This document shows, piece after piece, positions 1 through 13,547 of a stretch of 64,000 bases of DNA. This DNA is from Octopus vulgaris. Lineage: Eukaryota. Made by a program: the position numbers and the translations under genes. Each line of letters starts with the position of its first letter. The first letter of the stretch is position 1. Location of the stretch: contig OX597821.1 in assembly GCA_951406725.2 (NCBI GenBank), forward strand, positions 10,912,001 through 10,976,000, given 5' to 3'. The notes beneath the pieces were generated by a model. The model did not search any database. It had not been told where the DNA came from and saw nothing but the letters and a program-made list of their open reading frames with translations.

Positions 1-413
1 TAGAAAGTAAGAAATAGCAATAGAGGGTAGAATGTCTGATTTAGTAGTAGTATATAAAGAGAATAGAAAGTGCCAGGTAATTGATTTTACAGTCTCAAAT
101 GATGCAAGTATTAATAAGGGAAGTACAGAAAATGGAGCAATGTGCCATGAATTACCTATTGGATTACTAAGACTATGGACAGTGCGGGTAAAATTTATCC
201 CAGTAGTTATAGTGCATTGGGAACTTTCCCTAAACATCTGTTCAGATATATAGCGGGAAGTTGCATAAAACACAGTACAGCTGCAGAAAACACTGTTATT
301 AGGAACAGCTAAGATACCTAGGAGGGTTCTTGGCATCTAAGGCTACTTGTAGCCCGATTTTAGGAATCATTTCCATTGCAACAGTCTAATCTTATAATAA
401 TAATAATAATAAT
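1..413 (+). mobile_element. 3' end of R4/Dong-like REL non-LTR retrotransposon (degraded), ending in (AAT)n
   Basis: ORF 32-253 (DLVVVYKENRKCQVIDFTVSND...LLRLW..KFIPVVI) matches the restriction-like endonuclease PD..D motif region. It is followed by a QKTLLLGTAKI C-terminus, a short 3'UTR and an ATAATAAT tail. Confidence 0.75.
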
Positions 414-414
414 T

Positions 415-815
415 ACCAGGCACTGACTCGCATGGCTTCTGATTTTATATGATAGAAAGTATTATCATCTACATGCTTTGTCTTGGTGTAAAATATTTGC
501 TTGTCAGATGCTTCAACCTAACCAGTTGAGCTTGTCGTTTGGTTGCTGACGATATTTGCATCTCTGATTACGTTACATACGTAGGGGGCGAGCATCATAG
601 CCAAGTGAGTGTTTCCTTCAACATCGTTATACTACTCTTATTCAGGACCTTTTGATCGGGATGTTCTACTCAACCTGAACAAAATTCTAACTGGACCCCA
701 CCTGCAAGTTCATGAACTAGTGTAGCCTTATCAAACACATAGTCATGATGGGTATACTGGGCTTCGTATATTCTATCCCAGTGTCACTTTCATGGCATGC
801 ACTGCTCTCTCACTA
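415..815. repeat. Unclassified interspersed repeat (related fragments at ~2495-2615 and ~17990-18065)
   Basis: A motif of the form gttgagc..gctgac..gcatctctga..acg recurs at three loci in the window. Confidence 0.45.
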
Positions 816-868
816 AATGAGTTTGATGATGCGGATGATGATGATGATGATTACAGCAACAATAATAT

Positions 869-1054
869 TGGCACAAAACCAGTAAATTCAGGGAAGGGTG
901 TAAGCTGATTACATCAAACCCAGTACTCAACTGCTATTTATTTTAGCGATTACGGGGTGTGAAAGTAGACCTTAGCATACCTTGAACAGCAAAGATGACG
1001 GAATACCACTAAGCTTTTTAACCGGTGTTGCAAAGATTATACCTGCTCGCTACC

Positions 1055-1056
<2 letters not shown>
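869..1056 (-). mobile_element. tRNA-derived SINE family B, degraded
   Basis: Similar to copies at 18110-18300 and 46076-46258 (gattacatc..cccagtactcaactg..ataccactaagc..gctcgc). Abuts (AAT)n. Confidence 0.65.
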
Positions 1057-1117
<61 letters not shown>

Positions 1118-1150
1118 GGAAGAAGAAGAAGAAGAAGAAAAAGAAGAAGT
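1057..1150. repeat. (AAT)n followed by (AAG)n microsatellite
   Basis: Direct reading. Confidence 0.95.
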
Positions 1151-2135
1151 GAAAGATACCCAAACTGAATGGCCTGAAGCCAGTGTGGAAAATATTATTG
1201 CAAGGATTGAAAAATTGCTAGCAAGTAAAACTGTCCGGGAACAATTGGCTTAAAGGTGGAAGTCGTACATTCTGCATGGCAAATATGTGGCCAGTAGCAA
1301 TAAAGCTGATGTTGAACTGAAACACTCCGATGAATGATTAAGAATTTCAGGGCTACAGGCAAATAGCAAAGGTTTCAACTTAGCTGCATAAGATCAACGC
1401 TTCTTTACACGGAACTGCCAAGTTAATGTGAATAAAAATTCAATCTTTGGAATTAGAATTTTATCTCCAGTAGAGAATAAATCAAGACGTGACAGTGTTG
1501 GCCAATATCTATTCTGATTAATATGTCGGCATTATAAAGCCAAAACTGTTGATCGGTGGTGAGGACATTGCTCTCAGGATGTAAATGAGGAAGAAAATAT
1601 AACGAAGATTTGTGATTTTCTAGTATATACAGACAGAAGAATTAAAGCTAATACACCAAACACTTTTGTAAAAGACCAACATAATAAATTATGTTTATTG
1701 ATTGACGTAGGTTCTCCTTGTGATCATATTTCGGCAAAAGAATCTGTCAAGCTCAGATTATATAAAAATTGGCTCGTTGAAATTTATAAAAATGTGGTAT
1801 TTCAAGCGCTTTCAGTACCAGTAATTGTAAGAGCACTAGGAATGGAATGGTCAAAATAGGAACCAAACATTATTTGCGAATGATCCCTGGCTTATCCTTC
1901 TCTGCAAGAAGTGCATAAGGTTGTTTTAACTGTCATGTCACATATATTGAGTACAGTAATTTCACCGTGAGAATAATGCCTTCCATACAAAAATTCTGTC
2001 CTACACAAATTTATTTGATTTTACAAGTAAACGATGTAGTGTGTTTATTTTAATGACCTATCAACGTATTGAGTGAGTTTCTTTTCCTTTGAGAAGGTAC
2101 TCAGCAAGAATTGGAAACAAAATTGAAGATAAGTT
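1150..2135 (+). mobile_element. R4/Dong-like non-LTR 3' remnant followed by (AAT)n at 2142-2262
   Basis: Broken frames give LHGKY, RHDSVGQY..ICRHY, DRRIKANTPN..LCLLIDVGSPCD and VPVIVRALG, typical of the R4/Dong REL domain. Confidence 0.7.
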
Positions 2136-2619
2136 AATAATATCAACAACAACAAATAATAATAATAATAATAATAATAATGATAATAATAATAATAATA
2201 ATAACAATAATAATAATGATGATGATGATGATAATAATAATAATAATAATGTTATAATAATAAAAAAGAAGAAGAAGGGAGTGCATACTTCCGCCAAAGC
2301 AAAACCAACGTCCTCTCAACGAGTCGCTGAAGATGATTTTTAAAATTAGAATATCTGAAATAAACTCGACTACTCTCACGAACGAGAGTACTAAAATGAA
2401 CCCTTCCGCTGTCTTAAATTATTTTTAAAAAAACGGAAAAATAATCCAGAATCCTTGCCCGCTACTATAAATTTGCTTCTTAATTACTTATCTTAAACAG
2501 TTGAGCATATTCTTTACTGGCTGACATTATGCGCATTGCTGATCACGAGCTGAAGTAGTGGGGAAGCAGCATAGCCAGGTTTTGAGAGGAGTTCTTTGGG
2601 GTTTCAATAATTCACCTAA

Positions 2620-3665
2620 GAGCAGAAATAGCAAGATTATACATACTTAGAAATGAAAGCGGAAGAGGATTTAATATCAGCAGAAGACTGCATTGAGTTA
2701 GCTAGAGTAGATATAGACTTCTATGCAACTAATAGTAAAGAAAATTTATTACAAGCTGCTAGAGGTACAGCAAGACATAGGGAAACCTTGATCAGTGTGC
2801 TAAAGTTACTTTTTTTGCAAGCAACATCAAGCAAACATCTTCCATTAAAATAGATACCGGCACTGCCATCAAGGAGCTTGACCTATAAGAAAGCTGTAAA
2901 TACCAGAACGAAAACTGAAGAAATGAGAATTACAGGAGAGTAACTGAATTGAACTCCAAAAATTGCATTGAAGCCATTAACACCCTGGCAATTCTGTTTT
3001 AACAACATTAACAGAAATCTTACAGAGTTCTAGCGCCTGAACAGGATAACAAGAAACTTACCAATATCGAAAAACATGCACCACCCAAAAGTAAACGTGG
3101 ATAGTCTGTACCTACCTAGAAGTAATTGTGGAAGAGGAATGATTCAAGTAGAACTGTGTTATAGGAGCTTCACAATAGCCATGAACAAGTTCTTATCGTG
3201 TACAAGGGACTGGATGCCGCGGCGTGTGTGCAAACACGAATGCAGCAAAAGATCATATTCTATTGTCAATGAAGCTTACAAATTCGCAGGGGAGCTTAGC
3301 ATTAAACCTGAATTACATGAAGAACCTGAAACCACTGCCATTAAACAAGGAAAACGGATCAAACAGACTACAAAAAAGAACGGGCAGAAACAAATGGAGG
3401 AGCATGGATAGTATATACTTCAAATTCGAAATGGTAACGTAGACTAAGCAACAATCCATCAGTGGCTGAGAAGCCTAAGACTGAAAGCAGAGTCTGAAGG
3501 TTTCATATTAGCGTCACAAGACCAAAGCTTGCATACCAAAAACTAGTATGCTAACGTTCTTCAAAACAGTTCTAACCCTAAATGCAGAATCCGCGATAAA
3601 TTTGACGAAACAATAGACCATCCCGTCTCGGGATGTTCTGTCCTGACACAAAACGAATACAATTT
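2620..3665 (+). mobile_element. R4/Dong-like non-LTR remnants (post-RT region and CCHC knuckle)
   Basis: ORF 3076-3411 gives MHHPKVNVDSLYLPRSNCGRGMIQ. Downstream frames give WLRS.RLKAESEGFILASQDQ and KCRI...ETIDHPVSGC. Confidence 0.75.
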
Positions 3666-5329
3666 GAAAATTAGTATCTTCCAAAGAGAAAATATCATTC
3701 TGCAATGACGTTTTGTAATCATATCGATATTATCGAAAGTAATGTGATTCTTAACTTAAATAGAGAAATGTGTGAACTTTAAATGTATGAAAGTATAAAC
3801 AAGCGTAAAATAGAGTAAACAACTAAATTAAAAGTTTATCTAAATAATATTTTTGTCTAATACGTTTCAGGTAGTGGTCGAAGGAAGGTATGGTTCTGGT
3901 TAGGATTAGTCCACATAACCATTCATGATACACAGGCTGGGAGCCTATTTCAGTTCAGGAGTGAAACATCATCATATGTCAGACGCAAACACGTCATACA
4001 GCTGTAATAGAATTCTGTATCACCAACAATATAATTTCTCTAAAACATCAGCCAGTAATCTATCAAGTCCATTTACATCTTTACACATTTTTCGATACAT
4101 ACAATACATGCTGTTATTACCTCGCTTCCCCATTTTATGCCTCCATTAAAGATGGGTAGATTTGCTAGTTCATATAACCCTTCATAATTCTCAATTTGTA
4201 TTTCATTATCATTTTCGTGGTTTTATTGTGATTACTCAACCATTTACTGCTTAATAGCAACTTTGTTTAGTACACTTTGTTTGATATTCCTCTTGGCAAC
4301 TTCAGAATTATATGAAGCAAGCTGCACCTGTTTCAGAAGCGGTGTTGCTTAGAGATGATTTAAGGAAAATACATAGAATCCGGGTTGCTTATAACTGGAA
4401 GAAACACACGTGGAGACATAATTGCGATATAGCGTTATCATTTAAATCACAATATATATGTATGTATATGTGTTTGTGTGTGCGTCTGTGTGTTTGCGTG
4501 TGTGTGTGTGTTTGTGTGTGAATGTCTGTCTGTGTGTCTGTGTCTGTATGTGTATACGTCGAGATAAAGGTGACAAATCGTATAAGTCAATCGGCAGAAG
4601 ATTATTCACTTTCCAATAATTTGATAAAGATAGAGAAAATACCTTTTCGCATGTTTCCAGAAGTTAAAATGCCGTTTTTACTTCGAAAAATATCCGAGTA
4701 TCAGATTAGTTGAGAAACAAATTTGATAAGTATGGAATCAAATTTTGACAGTATGGAGATCTCTTCTTTCTTAAAAGAACACTCATGAACTAACAACAAA
4801 CTCTCCTGCAAACATTACTTGTATTATATATAGCACTTGCTTCACTCATTGAGGAATTCTTTCCATCGGATTATTGGCATCGGGGTGTTCTTGAACAATC
4901 TTCAAAATACTTACCATAACCGATAAAAATCGTTAGAGAAATTGTATACCTCGAAACATTAAATAATTAACTGTGAATTATAAATAAATATTCTATAACT
5001 ACTGAGGAATTTTCTGTGGTGTATGCACGAAACACGCATGCACAAACACACTTACAGACTTGTGTCTGTTATAAAAAATATTGCATGTTAAGCAATATGT
5101 GTATACGCATATTATATAGGTTATATATGCGAGATATTAAGTTCTTTTGTTTTGTACATAATTAGATGCATTAGATACGCACGCACACATACACACACAA
5201 ACACACACTCACACATGTGTATATACATATATAATACATATCATAGTATATAGTATATTCTATCTGTGTAGATATTATGTGTATGTGTGTAGATATTATG
5301 TATATATATATATATAGAAGATCTGAAAT

Positions 5330-5375
5330 CCACCTGATGAATGTCCTTTGAAGAGACCCGAAACAATTGTAGTGG
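5330..5375 (+). ncRNA. Type I hammerhead ribozyme motif (minimal, palindromic stem III) in a ~160-bp element (5317-5478) within (TA)n
   Basis: ccac-CTGATGA-(degraded stem II)-GAA-ACAATTGT-A-gtgg. Stem I is ccac/gtgg and stem III is the palindrome ACAATTGT. Confidence 0.7.
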
Positions 5376-5470
5376 CGAATTTAATTTTATTTACTTTATA
5401 TTAAAATTTTTTTATGTATTGGATTAAGTCTTTCTTTGTTTGATTTGCAAAATAGTGGTTTTGTCTCTAA

Positions 5471-5518
<48 letters not shown>

Positions 5519-5993
5519 TGTATATACTAAATGTATATACTATATGAGTTGATATACATATACATAGACAGACAGACACAGGCAGATAGATCGCTTTGGC
5601 TGTTTTGCACTAATCTTCATTAGCCTGGATTCAAAACCTGAGGGCACTTTTGTCCTTCATTTTTTCGTGGTGCAGACGAAGTGCTATTTCAGCACAGGGA
5701 TGTGGATAAAAATAGTAATCATTATGTCCAGACGATTTTCTATGACTTGTTCCCTCTTTTTGTATCCTACATACATGCCCACAAACACACACCCACGCCC
5801 ACACGTGCGTGCGAGCACACACACACACGCACACACACACACACACACACGCACACACACATACCCAAACTCACACACACATGTGGCGTGTGGCTGCAGT
5901 GGGATTCGAAACTAAATGCCTCAGAAATTCAATTGATTGTCCATAGGCTATGGCTTTGCTAGAAATTTTATTTTGACCAATTTATGTAATATA

Positions 5994-6164
5994 GGCGTAA
6001 GAGTGGCTGTGCGCTATGTAGCTTGCTTACGAACGACATCGTTCCGGGTTCAGTCCCACTGCGTGTAACCTTGAGCAAGTGTCTTCTACTATAGCCTCGA
6101 CCCGACCAAAGCATTGTCAGTGGATTTGGTGGGCGGAAACTGAAAGAGGCCCATCGCATATATG

Positions 6165-6211
<47 letters not shown>

Positions 6212-6430
6212 GTGTGTGTATATGTTTGTGTGTCTGTGTTTGTCCCACCAACATAGCTTGACAGCAGATGCTGGTGTGTTTACGTCCCCGTACCTAGCGG
6301 TTCGGCAAAAGAGACCGATAGAATAAGTACTAAGTTTACAAAGAATAAGTCCTGGGGTCGATTTGCTCGACTAAGGGCGGTGCTCAAGCATTGCCACAGT
6401 GAAATGACTGAAACAAGTAAAAGAGAGAGT
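5994..6430 (+). mobile_element. tRNA-derived SINE family A
   Basis: A/B-box-like head (gtggctgtgcg..gggttcagtccc), internal TA/TG tract and gaaacaagtaaaagag tail. Near-identical to 16548-16950 and 29189-29592. Confidence 0.9.
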
Positions 6431-7894
6431 GTATTACATGCATATGTTAATTGCTGCCTTTAATCAATTATATTCTTTTCTTACTATAGGTTAAGAATCG
6501 GTGCCAAGTCTGTGGTTTAAGAAATTGATATCTCAATACTCTCTTTCATACAGATATAAAACATATATCTTGATATGTCCCTACATTCTAACCTCTTCCT
6601 ATCACCTACACTCTCAGTCACGGTGGCACCTCAACTGTTCTTTGGCGTGGTCAGCTTTTCTTTAATTAAGACTTAAAAATAAAATCTTACGAATAATCAT
6701 TTATAAAAGTAACTCAATCTTCTTTTATAATTACTTGTTATCAGTCGTTTTGTTCACTTATATACGGGTAGTATAGATTACGGATAGAGGATTAGAATCA
6801 ACCACGTGTATGAGAGCGATATACAAGTGCAGACAATTCTGCGCCTCACGTAAATATACTTTAGCATTTATCTTCCATCATACGGTTCGTTGAAATATTT
6901 ACATTCAACTGAGACAAGTGGTCTTTTCTTTCCTAATCAATCAGGCCATTCATATAGAAATTGACTCCCTCAAAAATAACAGAGAATATTGGTTTTAAGT
7001 CCCAATCATCGATACTGTACGTTACTCACACTCTTGAAACGATGATACAAAACTGGCAGTGAATCTTTACTTATTACATGAAAATTAAAGAGAATCGTGC
7101 TTTTGAATTTGTCTACTGAAATCCAAGATGTAAATTCAGGATTAGTGAAACAGTATATAACTTACAGACACCTATGTTCCGTGGTTCGACCAATCTTTAA
7201 TAATCTATTATTATTTAGTTGATGCGTTGATATGCAGTGCGTATAACGGTACATGGCACTAACACTTGCTATTTTGAAGTGGTTGGCAATCATTCTGAAC
7301 ACTTTTAAGTATATAACTCTTATAAATAATATTGATTGGAAGAAAATCAGAGTTTCTTTCGATTGCATGGAGTAGACTGTGCTCAGTGTCGGGCCACAAG
7401 GACCAAGCCGTTAGCCCCTCGTTACATCTCATCTCAAGGATGAAAAGCGAAGCTTAACAACTTTCCATATGAGACCATACCATATATTAATTAAAAGAAA
7501 ATACAACCTATTTGTGAGAACTTTATTTGATATTTATACCGGGTTACATAATGGAAGTTGAAGCATTTTCCTTTTTCAGCTTTAGATTGATGTGTTGCAC
7601 GTGCAGCGTATGAGGAATGCCATTTTAAATACATTCCACCCAAAGGTATGATGGCGAAGTTAACGCACACGGTAAACAGTGAAGCTTTTATCACTTTGTA
7701 TGTAGTAAGAGGTAATGGACTTTAACCATTTGATGGGCTACATAATGCTCAAAGACTTGGATAGTGAATTGATAGTGACGTAGTTTACTCGATTCAGTAG
7801 CACTTTCTAAGCAAATAGTTGCGCACAAACAGGTTCCGCTTTCTCACATAGATCTCAGATTTCATAACAGGTTCACACAGCCTTATGGTATAGA

Positions 7895-7925
<31 letters not shown>

Positions 7926-8416
7926 TTTTACACAACATTTTTATTTTATTTTAAGCTATGCTGCCATTAATTTTGAAATCATACGCAATATTCCTTTCTT
8001 TCTCATCCGTTCTCGTCACGAATTCTTCAGTGAAAGATAATCTGTTTTACTGCCTTTGTCGATGTCATTATGTCTTCGTTTTCATATTTTTCCCGTTTCT
8101 TTTAATAATTCATTTTCTCAAAACGTTTAAATTTTTTTGTAATCAAAGTTTTTAGCATTATCTAACTTTGTGTATGCCAGTTACTTCCATTTGACCAAAA
8201 TGCGACTGGGACAAAGTAATGAACTCAAATGTATGTTTTTTTAAAATATCGTCGAGAGAGCTTTCTTTTCTATTAGAGTTAATGAGGTGGATAGACAAAA
8301 GATCCGACGATTGTTTTTTTCGAAAACAGCAAAATATATGTTATGATTCTTCTTGAGGTAGCGCAGCCAACTGCAATAAAGTAATGGCTGCAGCATCGAC
8401 AACTGCAACAACAATG

Positions 8417-8468
<52 letters not shown>

Positions 8469-8522
8469 GCTACTGCTGCTGCTACTGCTGCTGTTGCTGC
8501 TGCTACTACTAATAATACTACT
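8417..8522. repeat. (CTA)n/(CTG)n microsatellite
   Basis: Direct reading. It explains the poly-Ser/poly-Val ORFs. Confidence 0.9.
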
Positions 8523-10153
8523 AGGTCTACCACCACCTTTTCTGCTGGTCATGGTGCGTATGATAAGGATATGGAGAAAGATATTAACAAAAGTTGGTAC
8601 CAAAGCATTATAAAGTACAAAAAAATTAAGGAACAAACACGACTACAGACATTAGTTCAGTATGTAAAACCTCATTATTCGTGTAGCACACGAGAGGCGC
8701 ATACTCTAATATTATATGACGGTCGACCGGCTCCTTATTAATATGTCGGTACTATATTATTTTCTGGTACTTGCCATAGGGATAGCCCGATAGATCAAGA
8801 ACAGACTTTTGGTTCTGAATTTAAGACAGAGCAACAAAGACGAACACGAAATATACATAACATGTGATGAGGTATCATAAACGCAATGGTTTACATGCCT
8901 AATATTTGCGCAAACTTGTGGCTTCCATATGTGTATGAATTGGATGTCTAGGTCCAGTTAGAATTTGGCAATATAATCAGTAGTATTCCCTATACAAAAA
9001 CTAATTATCACCCCTAGATATATTAAAAGGAACATCCACAATTGATATAATGTAAATACATTCTAATATAGGAAAAGACATTCAGCAAGGCAGTTCTATA
9101 CACAAGAAAGTATAACATACGTTAAATAAACGAAAAGAAATAGCAGCAAACTATATGTTATTACTGGTTTAATGTTTAATGAAAAACTAGTTTTTTGTTT
9201 CTATGAAAAAAAATACATTTTTTATAATCTTATCTTTAAAACTATTTTCTTCGTGGCATAAATGATATACAAATATATTTGTAACAAAAATATCAATACA
9301 TTTGGAAAAAAGAGACCTATTAAGTCGGACTATTTCATAAAATATATTAGACAGCTAATAGTATAAATTACAATAACAGTATAATAAGTTGATTTTATAT
9401 CCTGCAGAATAATGGGAAAATGCATTATGTTGAAAATATCTGAATGAATATGCGATGTTTTATTATAGCCATTTCAGCAAATACAATAAGAAATATTTAA
9501 AACAAAAGATTTCTAATACATTGAAAAAATTTGATATAAAAATGAAATAAACTACATTAATACGGAAAAAAACTCAATAGGTAGCATTTTCTGTTAGAGG
9601 CAGCGATAGAAATATTAAATCAATAAAAGAATTATCCATATTACTGAACAGAGATATAGGGAGGGCTATACATAATAATCATACACATATGCAAACTTAT
9701 GTTTGTGTATGAATTTTTGCATATCTATTTACGGATATAAGTGCATGTAGTCTGCAAGATAGATTATTTAAGCAAAGTGATGGAACAGTTATTAAAACTA
9801 CGTTAGGGGTTCTCATTGATCTGTCGTCTTCGAATAGCATACGGGGGAAATTTTCACGAATTCGGTAGAGTATGTGTGAAATTGACACTCTGAATGACAT
9901 AAAAACCACCTAATTACAGAATTTCAACATGTAGATAAATATAAATACGGTTCATATCAATACATTATTCCATTTCTTTACATAAATATCCAACGAGATA
10001 ATAACTAATATCATTATTCTATTTAAACGAATATCAACAAAAATACATAATGACTCTGTTAAAGTCCCTACTTAGGGAAGCACTTATATTTCCCTGCATT
10101 AACGAAGCCCAATATAATGAAATGCAGGAAAAAAAACGAACATTAAACCAAAA

Positions 10154-10195
10154 ACTGACGTCAGTTTCAGCAAATCCCGTTGTCATCATCAGTGT
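10154..10195 (-). ncRNA. Degenerate hammerhead motif
   Basis: Reverse strand reads CTGATGA-tgacaacgggatttgct-GAAA-ctgacGTC. Homologous to the + strand motif at 10486-10530. Confidence 0.45.
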
Positions 10196-10485
10196 TAATT
10201 CTTGGTCGGCAGTTTTCGTACAATTTTGGTTGCTGTTAGTATACACGCTTTCATTGAATTAGAATATTTTTGCTCATATTTCTAGCAATTTGGGTGTTTT
10301 TTAACACCCTAGTCACATATATTGACAATTATAATTCTCGTTTTTGATTAAACATTTCAACCTACTGTTTATATTAATTTAATATATGCACATTAGCGAA
10401 TCGCAAAATCATTCATTAATTTGGATCACGAAAACATATACACTAATAGAGAAACAGGTCCAGAAAGATACGAACACCGAGATGG

Positions 10486-10530
10486 CTTTACTGATGATTG
10501 CAAGGGAAATTGCGGAAACTAACGTCGGTC
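10486..10530 (+). ncRNA. Degenerate hammerhead motif
   Basis: CTGATGA-ttgcaa-gggaaa-ttgcg-GAAA-c-taac-GTC. Stems II and III pair; stem I is weak. Confidence 0.55.
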
Positions 10531-10718
10531 GGCAATTTTCAATCATTTTGGTCCCTCTAAGTGTATACGAATTCCTTCATGTGCATTAACTACATCATTA
10601 GAGCATTGTAAATCTTATTTCCAGCAATATAGTTGTTTCTTTAACACCCTAGTCACATTTAGCGACAAACCTAATTCTCATTTTGTGAAACATTGCAAAC
10701 TGCTGTTGTGTTTTATAT

Positions 10719-10786
<68 letters not shown>

Positions 10787-11058
10787 TTATATATATATAT
10801 ATATACATACATACACACAGACATACATATCCGAGTATGACTGATTGTACAAAGAACGATATATTAATCAATAAAAATTCCAACTTAGACTGATTTTCAC
10901 ATCTTATTATTTGCAATTTTTACAATTATACAATTTTACATTGAAATAAACTAGTATTTCCATGCGTTATGTTATGCAATCATAAGGGTTATCTAGTGAC
11001 AGACGTGTTCCACAACTGACAACTGTGGAATTGGAATTTCATTGCTTAATATATATAT

Positions 11059-11119
<61 letters not shown>

Positions 11120-11182
11120 GGTCCCGGGTTGAGTCGGGGTTAACCACAGTAAATAAGGTACTCAATACATAGCAGAGTACAT

Positions 11183-11235
11183 GAGCTTCCTGATGATTTC
11201 TTTTGAATGAAACAGTTCTAGTCCTGTAGAAGCTC
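11183..11235 (+). ncRNA. Near-canonical type I hammerhead ribozyme in a ~135-bp element (11116-11250) within (TA)n
   Basis: gagcttc-CTGATGA-tttc-tttt-gaat-GAA-ACAG-ttctagtc-CTGT-A-gaagctc. Stem I is 7 bp, stem III is 4 bp and the cleavage triplet is GUA. Confidence 0.8.
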
Positions 11236-11289
11236 CTTCTATAAAATAAATATATATATATATATTTGACAATATGTGTATATATATAT

Positions 11290-12379
11290 ATTGACTGACG
11301 CATACATTTCCACAATACTAAACCGATTTTCACCAAACTTTACACATACATTACTCATGTCCCAAGGATGGTCATATACTATAATGTTTTGCCCAGACCA
11401 CCTGCGTAAATGGACAAACTGGAAAAAACGTTGGTTTGCGCGGGTTTTTCTATAACTTGTTGCATGTAGGATCTTCCATACATTTTTTTAATCTATACGT
11501 TAAAATATTGGCATGACAGAATACTTTTAAGTGCTTATCGCATTTTTTGCTTTACTATTTATTTATATGTTGTTATTTGGTGTTATTACTTTCTGAACTT
11601 GTTTATGCGTATTGGTGTGTATTCTGTGTTTGTGTGTTTTGGTTAAAGAATATTTTAAAAGTGAAAAGATTTTGTTTGTTTATTTATTTCGGCTGTTTTC
11701 CTTACTTTTTAAAATCTACATGGTCGTATATTTTCTTCACAGAATATGTTTTAATTGTTTTCACATTTTTACAAATTTGTTATTTGTCCGCCTTACAACA
11801 CGACATCTCTTCACTGCGAACTTCTAAACATTCAGCGCAATATTCGTGAACTGAAGTCAAACCCTTCATATTTTTATTTTTCATTACCTGGAGTCAATTT
11901 CAGAGTGGCCGTACAACCGTACGCACGTAACATTTACATTCCTTTTATTTTACATTTTCAAGTAGGCATTATATCGTCACTTTTTAACGTACCAATCATA
12001 CTTCTCTCCTAAAAATAGCTGAATAAAATACACTCGCATAGTAGAAGTTTCAAAGTCTTCCTTCAATTTCTTTACACTATTTATATGGCTGTTTCTCATA
12101 AAAAATTTCGCTTTCATGTAAAACAAATATATTTTGTAGTCATTATTCGAAACACTTCAGTAATTCTACGTTGCACCGCTTGCAAATTTATATGTTCTAT
12201 GGCCATTAAAGTGCAAGGACCTCCACAATAACTAGCCTTCAATTTGGTTTACTGCTATTAGATTAATCGGAAACATAGATCGCGGTGCTGCTCATAATCT
12301 TCTCGGCAGTTCAATTATTTGGCGAAAAAATATCCACCAAAGCAAATTAAAGCGTTCATAGGACAGGTGCATTTGCTAG

Positions 12380-12381
<2 letters not shown>
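11290..12381 (+). mobile_element. Possible non-autonomous Helitron-like element
   Basis: Ends in ...gctagt at a (TA)n tract. The 5' part has an accgattttcaccaaacttt motif common in Helitron/HINE-type elements. The 3' hairpin is weak. Confidence 0.35.
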
Positions 12382-12438
<57 letters not shown>

Positions 12439-12439
<1 letters not shown>

Positions 12440-12881
12440 CTAGCTAGATCCGTGAAAAAATTCACGGTAAACATAAAAAATGTAAGCATCTGTAAACAGT
12501 GTACTGGTGCCATGTGACAAATGTTTGTATATTATGATTGTCTTTACGTTCTGAGTTCAAATTCTGCCGAGGTCCACTTTGCATTTCGTCCTTTCGAGGT
12601 TGATAAGTTTTGTACTGGGGTTGATCTAATCTTGTGAATTAACTCTGAAATTGGGACCGATACGATAATAACGGAATTTTTTAGAAATATCTGTCGGCTT
12701 GCTTCGAGGCGAGTGCTTATAGTGATAAATTATCTGGCTATTGACGATTTGTCTATTTTCGGCATATTTGGCATCGTAATTTCTTTTCTTTTGCCCTTGT
12801 GTGTACGTTGTTTTTTAATATGCTGGCAATTGATAGAATTTTTCTTGAAAAATGTTATCCTATATTAGATAAAGAGATAGA
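12439..12881 (-). mobile_element. Non-autonomous Helitron-like element with a nested SINE-B fragment (~12535-12630)
   Basis: On the - strand it starts TCTATCTCTTTATC and ends with hairpin ccgtgaa-tttt-ttcacgg followed by atctagCTAG|T. Confidence 0.6.
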
Positions 12882-12930
12882 AAGATAGAAACACACACAT
12901 ATACATATATATATATATATATATGTTTGT

Positions 12931-13042
<112 letters not shown>

Positions 13043-13547
13043 CAGCAGAATGTGGAAATTCATACATATATTGCATGAAAAAGACCCCCCATCAGAAAGA
13101 AAATGTGTGCCTACTTGGATGCTGCCATTTGGATAGTCAAATGTTTACTAACTCACTTTATTTCGACGAGTATCTTAACTGCGGCATTTCCCAAAATGCC
13201 TGCATTTACGGTACCAACAACATCGACGTAGAAATCCACCTACCCCTAGCCAGCCATAACCGCCTCAATTCTCACATCTATGTCACCATAAGTTCGCACG
13301 CTACTGCTGCATGCATACTGAAGAGGACCTAGCGATGTTATTACTTATGGGGCTATTTTAATGGCAGTATAAACGTAGGCTTACATTTCTTTATCTCTAT
13401 CCTTCCGAGGAGGGGATATGTGTGAGTGAAGTATATAAAGGCTTTTTTGACTTTTCACTCTGATTGCCATTTCATTTATTATATATCCGATCTATATTGC
13501 TTCAAGTTAATTACAACTGTCTTCTAATATATACATATATATATATA

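Noticed and set aside
8241-8636. 131-aa Ser-rich ORF
   Set aside because: Driven by the (CTA)n/(CTG)n repeat.
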